Source: Hydrolagus colliei
Taxonomy: Eukaryota
NCBI GenBank assembly: GCA_035084275.1
Contig: CM068750.1
Location: 10,788,001 to 10,852,000, forward strand
DNA length: 64,000 bases
Direction: 5' to 3'
Shown here: positions 38,685 through 50,809 of the stretch, piece by piece
Layout of the letters: every line of letters starts with the position of its first letter
Position numbering within the stretch: position 1 is the stretch's first letter
Program-made: the position numbers and the translations under genes
Notes under the pieces: model-generated
Seen by the model: only the letters and a program-made list of their open reading frames with translations
The model's database searches: none
Told to the model about the DNA's origin: nothing

Positions 38685-39031
38685 CCGCAAAATACTGCAG
38701 ATGCTGGAAATCTGAAACAAGCAGTACCTATGGAGAAAGGAGAGTGAGTCAACAATTCAGGTCCACAACCCTTCATCAGAACTGGGGCTTTTAAGGGACA
38801 AACAAAATAAATGGTCGCCCTTAAACGCCTCTCCAGTAACGCCTCTTACTTTTACCAGTAAGTAAAACCGGCCCGCACAAAGCCCTCCCACATCGCGCGT
38901 GACAGCCAAATCGATCAACATGCCCCAGTTCTGATGAAGGTCATGGACCCGAAACGTTGACTCACTTTCCTTTCTCCATAAATGTTGCCTGACCTGCTGA
39001 GTGTTCCAGTGTCTTCTGTTTTTGTTGCAGA
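38685..39031. mobile_element. Inverted pair of Penelope-like pseudo-LTR segments around a unique spacer
   Basis: Arms 38729-38788 and 38922-38980 are about 60-bp reverse complements. Flanks aatactgcagatgctggaaatctgaa and gcctgacctgctgagtgttccag..tgtttttgttgcaga are typical of the chondrichthyan PLE terminal repeat as recalled. Confidence 0.8.
38927..38962 (+). ncRNA. Minimal type I hammerhead ribozyme motif (Penelope-associated)
   Basis: AGTT-CTGATGA-a-GGTC-atg-GACC-c-GAA-ACGT-T-GACT gives the CUGANGA and GAAA cores, a 4-bp stem II, a palindromic ACGU stem III, a GUU site and a 4-bp stem I (AGTT/GACT). The first stem II pair is A.C. Confidence 0.65.
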
Positions 39032-42000
39032 ACATCATGTGTCTTAGTGCGAAATGAGAACACTTAGAAGTGTAAACAGTCATAATTTATTTAACATGAC
39101 ATCTCTCAAACATGAATGAGGATGTGTTTTAAATAACAATTTCTGCCAAGGCCAGTAGTTCTTGCAAGTTCCATGGTGTTCGATAATAGTAGTTACAGTC
39201 CAACTAGAAATTTCTAAGATTACCAATATAATTGATTTCTTGAGTATTTTATGTGATTTCTCAAAAGTGTACATAAAACCCTTCCCCTGGAAGTGCACTT
39301 AACCATTACAAACATAGATTTCTAAGGAAATTGCTGATCTGGTTGTGACAAATGTTTGTTAAATCTAAATCTAATTGATTTACATTGGAAGTATACATTT
39401 CTGTCTAATTCCACAATATGAACATCATAATAAATGAAACATTTCTACTACCATTTATTGTGGCAGTGTAAGTATAGGACCATGTTTGTCTATGTATGTT
39501 TACAGCACCTGTCAGCCGAGACACAAGAAACAAGAAGAGAAATGTAAATTGATCCCTCCCTTTAGCTGAATATTTAATGCAGTCTGCAAGAAAGTAAATC
39601 ACAAACAGTCGACTTTTTCTTTCCTTCCCTTCCTTGCCCTGCTCTAAACATCTCTAGGGAGGGATGTTTTTCGGTCCTGGTCACTACGAGTGCCCATTTA
39701 CTCCAGGATCTTTCTCCTTATCTTGGCTTTCTTCCTGTCTCCTGAAACTAAATTTACTTCATTTTAGCCACCTCAAAGCAGACTTGTGTGTATATATTTT
39801 CAGGGAAATTTGATTGCCTTTATGGATTTTTAAATCAGTTCTCAGATCAAGTTCAGAAATATGTAAACTGTTGTGTTATTTCATCATGCAGCAGTGGAAC
39901 AAATACCTCTGATGCTGAACATCCAATACTATAAAGTGATCTTTAAATGAGACAACTAGGACTTAAATGGATTAAAGTGGCTAGTAATGGGAAAACAAGT
40001 ACCCATTCAAAGTGCAATTGGAAGAAATTTAAGACACAGAAAGTTGCATTATAAATTTATTCACACTTATTGCCGTTCTGAAATATGAGCCAGTATTCCC
40101 TTTGTCTTTTGCTTCCTTACCATAAAATTCTTTAATGCGCTGAATATGTAATGCATTTATATAAAATGAGTGTTGTAGGTTTGTAATTCAGTGTCTTAAA
40201 AAGTTGTGATTTAATTGTGATCGACAAATATGAATTAAAACCTCATGTTCATTGCTGTAAAATTCTATCTGAAATTCAAGTAAATGTAACCAAATCCTGC
40301 TGATTCCTAAAACAGCTTGAATCTTTAATGCTGGTTAATCTTATTAATGTGATTAGGACTCTGCTGCTTTTTAAACAGTTTTAGAACTTATCACAATATA
40401 CCTTTCTTAATTGTTGGATATTCTGATTGATATATTTATAGAGCATCATTTTAACAGTACTTATGAGTACACACGTATTTGTTTTATTCTCAAATATTTA
40501 AACTGTTATTGATATTATGTTATTTTTCACTGATATCATTTTCAAAATGGTACATTCCATTCACTTCTATTATGATTGAACATTTTTATAGATTTTTTTT
40601 AACATCTATTATCGATATAAATAAATACATTCTGTAGGATATTAGCCATTTTAACCATTGTTTCCCATTTTGGATTATACATAAGCAACAGTGTTGTAGG
40701 CATAAGAACAAAAGACATTTCATGAATCAACAGTTGAACTGATATAGAGACAAACATCAAACATGTTGCATTGATTGTTAGTTTGTCATAGACTGTTAGT
40801 TGATATACAGTTTCCAAGTTGACAGTGTAACTGATGAATACTGCTGGGTGCCTACTTTGAAGCACAGCCTCCCCAATCAATTTTTAAAATTTGATTAGTT
40901 TAAAAATTAAGTAGATTTTGTTAAAATAGAGTGTGATGTTGAATCTTTTCAATGTGCCTTTCTTTGAACAAATCTTCTCATAAAACTACGTGAAATTCAA
41001 ACAAGCCATTATCGTTGTTTTGTGAATGTGAAAGAAAACAGGAAGACTTCAGGTATGAGGAGTGAGGTGTGAGTAAATTATAAAGGTTTTGATGGTGAAG
41101 GAGTGAACAAATCCAATGTGTGTGATGTTTTTGTTTTTATGCAACCATTATTTTCCAAACACCAGAAATACATGCATGAAACAATTGCTTGCAAGCCTGA
41201 CATCCACTAGGGTCTCCATACACTCTTACACTCTTCATAACACTCTTCATAAACCTCAATATGCTGCATGCACTGAGATCACAATGATAAAAGAAAACAA
41301 GTGACAAAATCAATCATTTCGGAAATTGCAAATGTGACTGCATTTTTTTCAAAAAAATTCTACCTTTTCATTATCCAGCACATTTATTAATCCATTAAAT
41401 AGAAACTTTATTTTTATTTGGTTTATTTTCCTCAGGTAAAATATATTAATTATCCATTATGTTCCTGCCCCCAAGATGTGCAACACCATCATTCATCTTT
41501 TATTTATTTATTACATTCTAGAGCAAAGAAGTGTTAATAAATATTTGGTACCCACACAATGTATTTTTTATGCCCACTGGCCAGTTTCATATATTACCTT
41601 TATCAAGGAATGTAAACATTGGCAAACATTTATTCTTAGAATAAAGAACAATCTGAAATACTATATTTCCTTTTTGTAGATCACATATAGATAGTTTGTG
41701 AAAAAATGGCTTATATTAAAAGAGAATAGTAATGCAATAAAAAGGATATATTTCAAAGTAAACTTTAGATTGATCAAAAATACTTTTCCATCATTAAACT
41801 GTCAGCGTCTTGCTTGATATCTATCAATCCTGATCTCTGTTCAATATTAGTTTAACAAGTTAAAAGTAATCAATATTTGAATTAAACTCCACCACAAAAT
41901 AATCAATTAAGGCACCTTCTAAAAGCATTTTAAGAAAGGTTTAATTTTCATAATTTAGTTTCCTGTTAACCTTCCTGCAGATACTGTTTTACTTCAATGG

Positions 42001-43715
42001 AATGAATGAGTTTACTTGCAACAGATGTTACTATGAGTGCACTAAAAAACACTTCTCGCATTAGTCTCAGAATTTTAAATGAACATGCCCTTTAATGATT
42101 TACTCAGTCCAAGTAGACACTTAAAAACTGACATTGAAACCAAGAAAAATTACTTAAAGGATCAGTTACATCTAAAATGATGGAATCAATATCAATATTT
42201 TCCCTGGGAATCTTACTCCCTGATAAGCAAAATCTTTGCTTAAAAGGTACATTAAAATTTAATAGCCAGCCATGTGGTTTGGCAATTGATCATTTCTGGA
42301 CAGCTGTCCTCTTCTGTGTTTTAGCCTTGTGCCTCTAACCGTTTGAGTGACATCATTCAATAGCTCATTTCAGGGATATTTTGTCCCACTAGAATAGATC
42401 AAACTCAAAAGAGATAAAATATCAATTTATGAGGTGAGATACACAGCTTTTGCAGATTTAAAACAGACCAATGATGGCTACATACGTGGTATCATACCTG
42501 GGAGATAGTTATTGCCAGATGGTTTTCATGAGTGGTAAAGAATCAAGACCTGCAAATCAAAACACAACATTGACACAATGTGAAGGTGTTTCACACCAGC
42601 AGTGGCACAGTAATATGTTTCATGGATCATTTTATATTCAAGTTAAGCATAAGAAGACATAGAAGTAAATGGTGATCACTAACTGCATATTGGTTCCAGC
42701 TAATAACATGCAACTTTTGTTATGATGAATTTTCAAAAATGTTATATTTCCCTTCAAATTTTATAGACAGTTGCAGAATTAATGAAGTTATCATACTGAT
42801 TTCACTTAATGGTAATTGCAGGAGAATACTTTGGATACATTGAGATTGCTTGTACACTTGTATACCGATTGCTTGTACTCTTGTATAGTTGTGATAACAC
42901 AGGATTTAAAATTGGGACATATGGGTAAACACTAATGGGAACAATGCCAATTGGAACAAAGATATTGTCCTTACCAGGAGCAACTTGTAACCATTCAGTG
43001 ACTATCTGCGTTCAGTGAAAAACACAGCTTCCCAATTAAGCAGTAACATGGGGGTACACTTAGAAATAACTTCATTCTGGGCCATGATAGCCCGTTGAGA
43101 AATGATTATATTTGTTTTATGTTTATGATGTAGATGATGCTTTCAAACTTGGTCTCTTTGAAAGTCCCTAACTTGGTTCTGACCTTTCATTCTGTATGCA
43201 GTTTTGCTGTGTTTGTTTGTCTATTGGGGAGTGTGGGAGGTGTCTGTACACTGAACAAATTAATGTGGAGCAGTGCTCTGCCTCTGCCCTTCCTGCTGTT
43301 TGCACAAATGAATGCAAACTTCAGGGCTGGGAATTGGTGTCTACTGCCTATTCCTCACAGGGAACTTAAAAATATCTACTGTTGCAAAATCAAGGCACTC
43401 CTTTGGAGCAAGTCTTGAGATGTAGTATGTGCTCCCAACCAATTTAGATGCAGAAATACAGCCACTAGGGGGAATATGTGAATCATATAAATGGATAATG
43501 GCCTATTGGGGATGGATCTGATGGTGACTGTCTATGCTTCCTGTGGAGCACAAATAAATACAAAAGAGAAATTGAGGAAATGTATGTATTGATTTAATAC
43601 TCTTCGCACTTTGTTTTTGTCAGCCAATTGTCTGACACATGCTTAAGGGTATCCAGACCAAACTGAGATGTATCCATGTATTTCAACTATCTATGGAAAC
43701 TCCAGAGATATTTGT

Positions 43716-43810
43716 TGGAATGGAATGCACGCTCTCTCTCTCTGGATGGATGCATCCTGCTTACTTAATTCCAGAAACTATTAGCAACAGGTTTGCAAGA
43801 GCCAAGGTTT
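43716..43810 (+). repeat. Unclassified dispersed repeat, copy 1
   Basis: tggaatggaatgcacgctctct..ggatgcatcctgcttacttaattccagaaactatta..agagccaagg aligns with 46211-46297. Confidence 0.7.
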
Positions 43811-43972
43811 GGGGACCCCAACGTATGCATTAGGTAACTACTATAGATTAACCGACTAATACCACATAGCTTGCCATTGCCTTCCATAGGTGGATTATAG
43901 GTACCAGGAATGCGACGGTCTTAAGGATTAATATATGTGCCCATTTTTGGAAACAATAAAATATCCGTTTGA

Positions 43973-44151
43973 AATAATAATAATCCTTGAATTTGATATA
44001 GTGTTGTTCACATCTTCTAGACGTCTCAAAGCGCTTCACAGAATATACGGTAAAGTGAACTGACTGTATATTTGTGGGCAAAATATGGCAGCCAATTGCA
44101 CATAGCACTATCCCACAAACAGTCGTGGGTTGAAATGACCAATTTTATTAT
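43973..44151 (-). mobile_element. 5'-truncated tRNA-CORE family SINE
   Basis: Reverse complement matches 49725-49890. Confidence 0.88.
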
Positions 44152-45388
44152 TGTGAAGCACCCTTATTGAAAAGCAACATAACCAAATCAGGTTTTTCTG
44201 CAGAACTTCAACTTATCTAGCATTTTTTTTTTACACAGTAAAATGCAAGTGGAGAAAATAAGATAAATATTATGCCAAATGAAGTAGGTTGCAATATTTA
44301 CTTTGAATTTATTTTTAAGTATGTGAATGGTATCATAAATCGATATTTAATATCATATTTTAGGAGCAATATCAGTACATACGTTGTATTTTGTAGACAA
44401 AATATGTGATTCACATATTATCTATGCCAATTTTATGTATAAATTCTATAAAATAAATAATACAGCAGATACTTATTTAGGAGCTGACCAATTTTGACTA
44501 CATATAATTTAATGGTCCTTTAATTCAGTCATTAGGCATGTATTCATTTCCATTGGTTTTAAGAAAAGAACAAATTCCAGAAGTTATTGTGTCTGACCTC
44601 CATCACTTTAAAATTAATGAACCTGCTTTTTGCCAGGGTATTCTTTGATGTGTTAGATAAGAGTAACAGCAGTGATTGCTACTTTTCACTTATTTCTTCC
44701 ATCTGCAAATCTCACAGGAGGTGAATGAACTGAGATCAGCTTTCACAGTACTTGCTCTGATTACACTTGCCCTCTAAGCTCACCTAACATGACTGCAGAG
44801 ACTTGCCGTGATAATGTAGTATTTATCAAAGATGGGCTTTTTAAGTGGATCAATATGTTCAATCCTAGTCTGGATGTACAGGTTTTGAAGCTTGAAATAG
44901 CTGACACAGTGGTCATATTATAGTGGCTTGTGGTAAAACATTCTTCACTAAGCTATTTTAATGTGCTTATCTAAATCAATAAGGTTAACTGCATTTGGCA
45001 GCATTAGGGTCAATAAAATTGTCACTTGTTCAATAACAGAACTTACTTTTGTGCTTTGTTTGTACTTCAATGCAATGTTTCCAGCATGTTCAAATTCATG
45101 GAAAATGTCTTGATCTTCACTCATACAAGAGGATTTATTGAGGGAATAGTGTAAAATTAGGGTCAAACCAGTGTGTATTGTGCTGGAGCTGTGTTTATAA
45201 CACAAAAAAGAGAAATAAATCAAGAACAATCACGGACAAATCACTGCCCTGAAGACAATAGATGAGCTACCAATTGAACTGTTTAAAAGTAATAGATAGA
45301 TTGAACGATTGAACTAATAAAATGGCTGAATGACTTACTCTATGTACATATGTTCCTTTGGAGGACATAATTTCCAAAGCAGTGCAAT

Positions 45389-45612
45389 TGGGCAAGTTTC
45401 AAATTTGGGCAGGTTTCCGTACTCCACATACCTAATAATAATCCCTGAAAAAAAATTGGTCATTTCAATCTGTTACTGTTTGTGGGACACTGCTGTGCGC
45501 AATTAGCTGCTATGTTTCACCCACATATATACGGTCAATTCACTTTACAGTATATTTGAGATGTCTAGAAGACGTGAAAAGCGCTATATCAAACGCAAGG
45601 ATTATTATTATT
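45389..45612 (+). mobile_element. tRNA-CORE SINE, short variant, head lost
   Basis: ttgggcaggtttccgtactccacatacctaataataatccc..gtttgtgggacactgctgtgcgc..gtgaaaagcgctatatcaaacgcaaggattattatt. Confidence 0.88.
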
Positions 45613-45872
45613 TAATTTGTACCCACTGCAGTGAAATGAGTGACTCGGTCCCCTTGGTTCTTTCAAAGCCAATGAATTGCTCAATGGACCACTTTCTAAC
45701 ATTGATTGGACAATGTAGGAGGAGGTAGGTTTAGGAGCTGTGTTGAGTGTCAGTATAAATGTAGCAATTGAAATTGGTTGAGGTCCCCCAATGCAAGAGT
45801 CCTTTGAAAATTCTTGTACCATCAACTGGATGATTTGAGAGCATACAGTGAGTAATTGTAAAGTTAACCTAA

Positions 45873-46110
45873 TATAATAATCTTTCCATTTGTTATAGCA
45901 TCCGTAACAATGAAAACATCTCAAAGCACTTCAAAAAATAAATGTATAGTGCTGTCTATGAGTAGCCAAAGGTAGCAGCCAATTTGTGCAAGGCAATATT
46001 CCACAAATAGCCGTGAAATTAATGACTGAAGTAAACTCCATTTACTTTTCAAATCATGCCATCTGAATAGGCAGACTGGGACCTCTGTTTAATGTCGATT
46101 TGAAGGTTGC
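45873..46110 (-). mobile_element. Deu-domain SINE, degenerate
   Basis: catctcaaagcacttc..gcagccaatttgtgc..ttccacaaatagc..tgccatctgaataggcagactgggacctctgtttaatgtc. Confidence 0.7.
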
Positions 46111-46210
46111 TAGCTTCCTTCATATTGGTCAGCCAGGCTGATCTATGGGGAAACCCAATGATATGCCAACGAGACTAAGAGTTCCATACATACATGGAAA
46201 TGTCTGTTTC

Positions 46211-46297
46211 TGGAATGGATTGTGCACTCTCTGCCCAGAGGGATGCACCCTGCTTATTTAATTCCACAAAGTATTAAAATATTAGAGTCAAGGCTTG
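46211..46297 (+). repeat. Unclassified dispersed repeat, copy 2
   Basis: tggaatggattgtgcactctct..ggatgcaccctgcttatttaattccacaaagtatta..agagtcaagg. Confidence 0.7.
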
Positions 46298-46345
46298 ATG
46301 TAAAAGTGCTATATCAAATGGAAGGATTATTTTTATTATTATTAT
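46298..46345 (+). mobile_element. SINE extreme 3' tail
   Basis: atgtaaaagtgctatatcaaatggaaggattatttttattattatt. Confidence 0.7.
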
Positions 46346-46549
46346 GATTCCAGAGTGTATGTTCCTGGAGTTTAACTGTTTTACAACCCCTTGCCTTGTG
46401 GTCTTCTCTAGCCAGCGTTCCACTGCTTGTCCCGCTAGGACAACGCTACCATTTAGGCTTTGGTTTACAGAATTAACAGAGAGGGTGTGGGGAAAAACAT
46501 AGCCCCAAGGCCTGGTCTGCCATCAACAGTGCCTTGGAATATGGTAGAT

Positions 46550-46670
46550 AAGCCTAGTTTAGTAATCAGACTTCAGAGACTGGACAATGAGTTAAAAGTC
46601 CCCATTGGGCCTTAAACCCACAACCTTCTGACCCAAAAGCAAGAATGCTATAAACTGAGTCTGGCTAACA
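46550..46670 (-). mobile_element. SacSINE1-like tRNA-derived head
   Basis: Reverse complement gttagccagactcagtttatagcattcttgcttttgggtcagaaggttgtgggtttaaggccc. Confidence 0.6.
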
Positions 46671-46722
46671 CCGTGAAGACTCTCCCACATGAATTATATA
46701 CCAATTTTGAACCAAGTACATA

Positions 46723-46826
46723 TGGTAAAAATCTGTTTATCCAGCACCCTCGGGACCTGGCCAATGCCGGTTAAAGCACGTGTCAGATATTCAGCCGAAA
46801 ACACACACAAAAAAGAGCTTTTACTG
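46723..46826. mobile_element. Possible short Tigger-like MITE remnant
   Basis: TA|tggtaaaaatctgtttatccagcaccctcggg...gagcttttactg|TA has decayed CAGTAAAA termini with TA flanks. Confidence 0.4.
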
Positions 46827-47796
46827 TACTTGGTTTAGTAATTGGGTAATATTTGGCGGGGGGGGTTTCCATCTATTTTTAGTTAGTCTTTCCCTTTAGT
46901 CTCATGCCTTATATGATGCATAACATTGCTTGGTTTACTTTGTGCTGCATGTTACCTGGTCCCAAAATCACAGTAGAACCATAGAACTCCTCAGCTCTTT
47001 TATCCTCACTCCCCTCTACAATGTATAAGTTTTAAAATCTAAGATTGGTGTCACATAACCACTTTGGGACTTGTTTTCTCCGCTAATCTTTTCAACTTTT
47101 CTGGTATGAAGCATTATGTTTCTGGATTCTTTATCTGCATTCTTGATTAGAAAATGCAACTTGTCTTAATTCCTCGAAGAATTCACTCAAACTTGCTTCA
47201 TTGATCACAAATTTAGTCACAATAGGGTCCACCAGACTGGGCCCACCTGATTAAATCCCTTAACAGGAAAATATCAATTAATCTTCAATAGAGCTGAAGC
47301 AAGAGTAATCCTCTCATTAAATTGTTTGACTCATTCTATATGTAAACAAAAGACTAGAAAATGACTGATTTGTATTGCCTTGTTTTCATGGTGAATCTTC
47401 AAGAGGCTTAGGCACACCCCCTGGACATTGGCAGTTCTTTCAGTCAGTGGTCACTAATGGCTGATTTAAGACAAATACCAATAAGACAGATCATAGTACC
47501 AAGGGATCTATTGTTAATGTGCATTTACGTATATTTGTAAGAGTGTAAATGTATCTTTAACTTTCGGAATTATCTAAGCAATTAGTTTTTGGGGAAGTCA
47601 ATGATGGCAATGAGACGTCAACTGCTCTGTCAGCAAATACTGTCTCAGTGAATTCAATTTCTAATATATAAATAATAAGCGTATCAGTGATAAGCAGAGA
47701 GATAGATTAGATTGAAGTAATCTGTGACATATAATAGTAATCTTCAACAATAGTCCTCTTGGTACTATGATTATTTTCAGCATTTTCAATGTATTT

Positions 47797-48068
47797 ATAA
47801 TAATCCTTGCATTTCATATTGCACATTATCATGTCATTTAGATATCTCAAAGCACTTCACAGGATATACTGTACTATAAAATGGATTGACTGTATTTTAT
47901 GGGTGAATGCAACAGCCAGTTTGTGTACATCAACTTTCCACAAACAGCCATGAGTGGCCAGTTTTGTTTGTGGGATTATTAGCCAGAAGAACCCCAGTCA
48001 AACCTTACTTCTGATTTTGATTAGTGCAATGGAATCTTTAACATCCACCTGAACAGGCAGGTGGGATC
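47797..48068 (-). mobile_element. Deu-domain SINE
   Basis: Tail taataatccttgcattt..atctcaaagcacttcacagg, then the Deu core reverse complement tagtgcaatggaatctttaacatccacctgaacaggcag. Confidence 0.85.
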
Positions 48069-48185
48069 TTAAGGCAGGCTTTAAAAGTGGGAAGGAAGAT
48101 GTGATTTCTGTGGGATGAAGTTCTCAAAAGTAGGGGCATAATGGCTGAAAGTTTGCCCATCAACGGTGGGAAGGATCAGGTGAGC
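48068..48185 (-). mobile_element. L2 3' fragment
   Basis: cttaaggcaggctttaaaag..gggatgaagttc..taggggcataatggctgaaagtttgcc is the reverse complement of the segment at 19010-19110. Confidence 0.65.
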
Positions 48186-48528
48186 AACATGAAGCCGGCA
48201 GCTTTCACTAAGTTCCTTGAAAATATTTAGAATATTCCTTTACTTCCTCAAGATCTATAAAGGGATTTTGGGGGGAGTGAAACAGTTATTTGTTTCAAGG
48301 AACCTTGATCATCAAAAATAATTCTCACACTGATGAAAATTCTGGCCTATTGATTTCACAGTTTCTAGCCTTACGTAATGAACCCCAACTGACATTTTCA
48401 CAACCGTTAGGCCCAAAGCCACCCTTGACTGTTGTCGAGCTAACCACCTCATGGATATTTGGGGACTATTTCACAAGATAACAGTTTAATTAAGCTTTAA
48501 TTTTTATTTTGTGAATTTTATAAATGAA

Positions 48529-48640
48529 AATAATAATAATCCTTGCATGTAATATAGTACTTTTCACGTCTTCCAGATGTCTCAAAGTGCTTCACAGAAA
48601 ATAACTTAAAAGTTAAGTAATATAACAGATATTGTGGGTT
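48529..48640 (-). mobile_element. SINE 3' tail
   Basis: aataataataatccttgcatg..ttttcacgtcttccagatgtctcaaagtgcttcacagaa. Confidence 0.85.
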
Positions 48641-49564
48641 AAGATTTTTAACATTTTTCTCATGTTATTAGAATGTATCATTAGCTTCTTATTACCACTT
48701 AGAGTGAAATAATTTTGTGGCATTTGTGTTTTTTTTCAAGCTGCAGCTTGGGATCCCTCATATTTAAATGTGTTGTCCTATCAAATTAACATCATCAGAA
48801 TCTAATGCTTTCAAAACTGGTGGCAGAGAATGTGATAGAAAGAGAAATAGGATAAGAAAGGGCGTAATCGCATCCCATGGAGTCAGGAATTTATAACCGT
48901 TCATTAAGTAGATTTGTGTGAACTCTCTACCTTTGCTTGTGACCTTTCAGAAGCAGTCTTCAGTTTACTTCCTGACATTAAAGCCTAAATCCCAGCTTTG
49001 TTTCAAACACTGTTCCCACAATACATTGCTCATCTCCTGCTGACACAGTTCTTCACTTGGGAAATCCTGCAGGAAATATATATACTTTTTACCATAAATG
49101 ATTCCAAATGCACCTAGTTTTGTCCAGTGTGTTGAAAATGTGCTTAGTATTAACAAACAATTTTATTGAGATGTTTTCTCACATTTGTAAAATATTTTTC
49201 TCTCTAAGGCCCTTTGTATCACAACCAAATCTCCCTTAAGAAATTTGGACATAAAAACATTCTATATTAGTAAGTGGGGAATGCATGAGGACAATATAGG
49301 TTGATCAATGAATCTTGTTTATTGCTCAGCCTTGGTTGTAACTAAGTTTTAATCAGTTTAATTCAGGCTTCTTTCACAGAGCTACGATTTCTGCTCAGTA
49401 AGAAACAAGAACGCAAACTTGGTGAAAATCTAAAAGCTAAAACATGCTTTTGTCGGGATTATTTACTTTGGCTCAGCAATTATAGTGGTTCGTTCTGCTA
49501 TTTGTCTCACCCATTCTCAGGATAATTTCCACACTGCATCCTTCCTTATGATATACTGTCTAGT

Positions 49565-49903
49565 GGAGCTCCTGTGGCTCAGTGGTTAGAGCACTTGTTA
49601 GAGCACAAGCTGTGGAGACCAAGCTAGGGAGACCTGTGTTCGAATCCAGGCAGGTCAGGGTGAAACCTTGGGCAAGTTTCCTTACTCCACATGCCTAATA
49701 ATAATCCCTCCAAAAAAAAACACAATAATAAAATTGGCCATTTCAATCCACGACTGTTTGTGGGACACTGCTGTGTCGTGATTCGCCCACAAATATATAC
49801 AGTCAATTCACTTTACAGTATATTCTGTAAAGCGCTTTGGGACGTCGATAAGATGTGAAAAGCGCTATATCAAATGCAAGAATTATTAGTAGTAGTAGTA
49901 GTT
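49565..49903 (+). mobile_element. Full-length tRNA-CORE SINE, short variant, intact Pol III boxes
   Basis: A box TGGCTCAGTGG (49575-49585), B box GTTCGAATCC (49638-49647), CORE-like ccttgggcaagtttcctta, DeuSINE-type 3' part, (agt)n tail. Confidence 0.93.
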
Positions 49904-50809
49904 GATACACCCATGCTCTCTAGCAGAAAAGCCCTCTTCACTATTTGCTTCCCTTAAAAATCAGGCTTATTCTTCATTCCATTCATACAGATCGCATTAC
50001 TAGTCTGATGTGATGTTAAATATAATTTTTTTCAAATGCCTTCTGAAGTGTTCCTTCTTCATAACCTTTAACAAGCTAAATTGGCCTTTTTTCCCCTTTG
50101 GTAAAGATTTTAACTTCATTTTCTGAGGGATAGGATTGCTGAGAGTGGCAGTAAATATGGACAATTTATTCTTTGGTACAATTTACTGACATTTTACCAC
50201 AGTTTACCCACATCTACATTTTCTCTGAAAGTAAAGAACACAAGAATGTCAGGCCTTATATTTTTCTACAAATTTGATGTTAAATAAGTACAATTTTCAC
50301 TACCTCTAGCAACATGCATGCAGATTTTGATTAGACTATTTATATCAGTGGAAAGAATAATGCCAAAGTATTCATTTATACACCATGGACTTGCAGAATG
50401 ATTTCTTTGTTGGTGATCTTACTTTAGTGCATCCATTGCATGATAGCTTCTAAATTATACTTTCAGCTTTTAAAATATATATGATTTTTTATCTGTCAAA
50501 AGCCAGGAGGGCAATTTTCTGACTTGCAGACATTGAGGCACTTTCGTCTGTTTCTGGCAGTAAATGCCTTTACTTACTGCCAGGCAGCAAAACTGAAGCA
50601 TGTTCACTCAGAATCATTCAGATTTATAGCTTTAACGAGCAAGAATTGCAACCGATCAACCAGGTACTGCATCAGGGTGAACAGGCACATATGTACTATA
50701 ATTTCCAAAAGACAGGATTGCCAGCAATGGATTGGTGAAATTAAAATGAAGGCTCATAGGAAACTCAAATGCACAAAATAATTGTGTCTATATTACCAGA
50801 AAAGCTGCT

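Noticed and set aside
49565-49655. tRNA gene
   Set aside because: A and B boxes are present, but there is no cloverleaf or acceptor stem, and it runs into a SINE body and tail found many times in the window
50554-50583. miR-34/449-like hairpin (TGGCAGT)
   Set aside because: The sequence after the seed does not match miR-34 or miR-449, and the stem is too short
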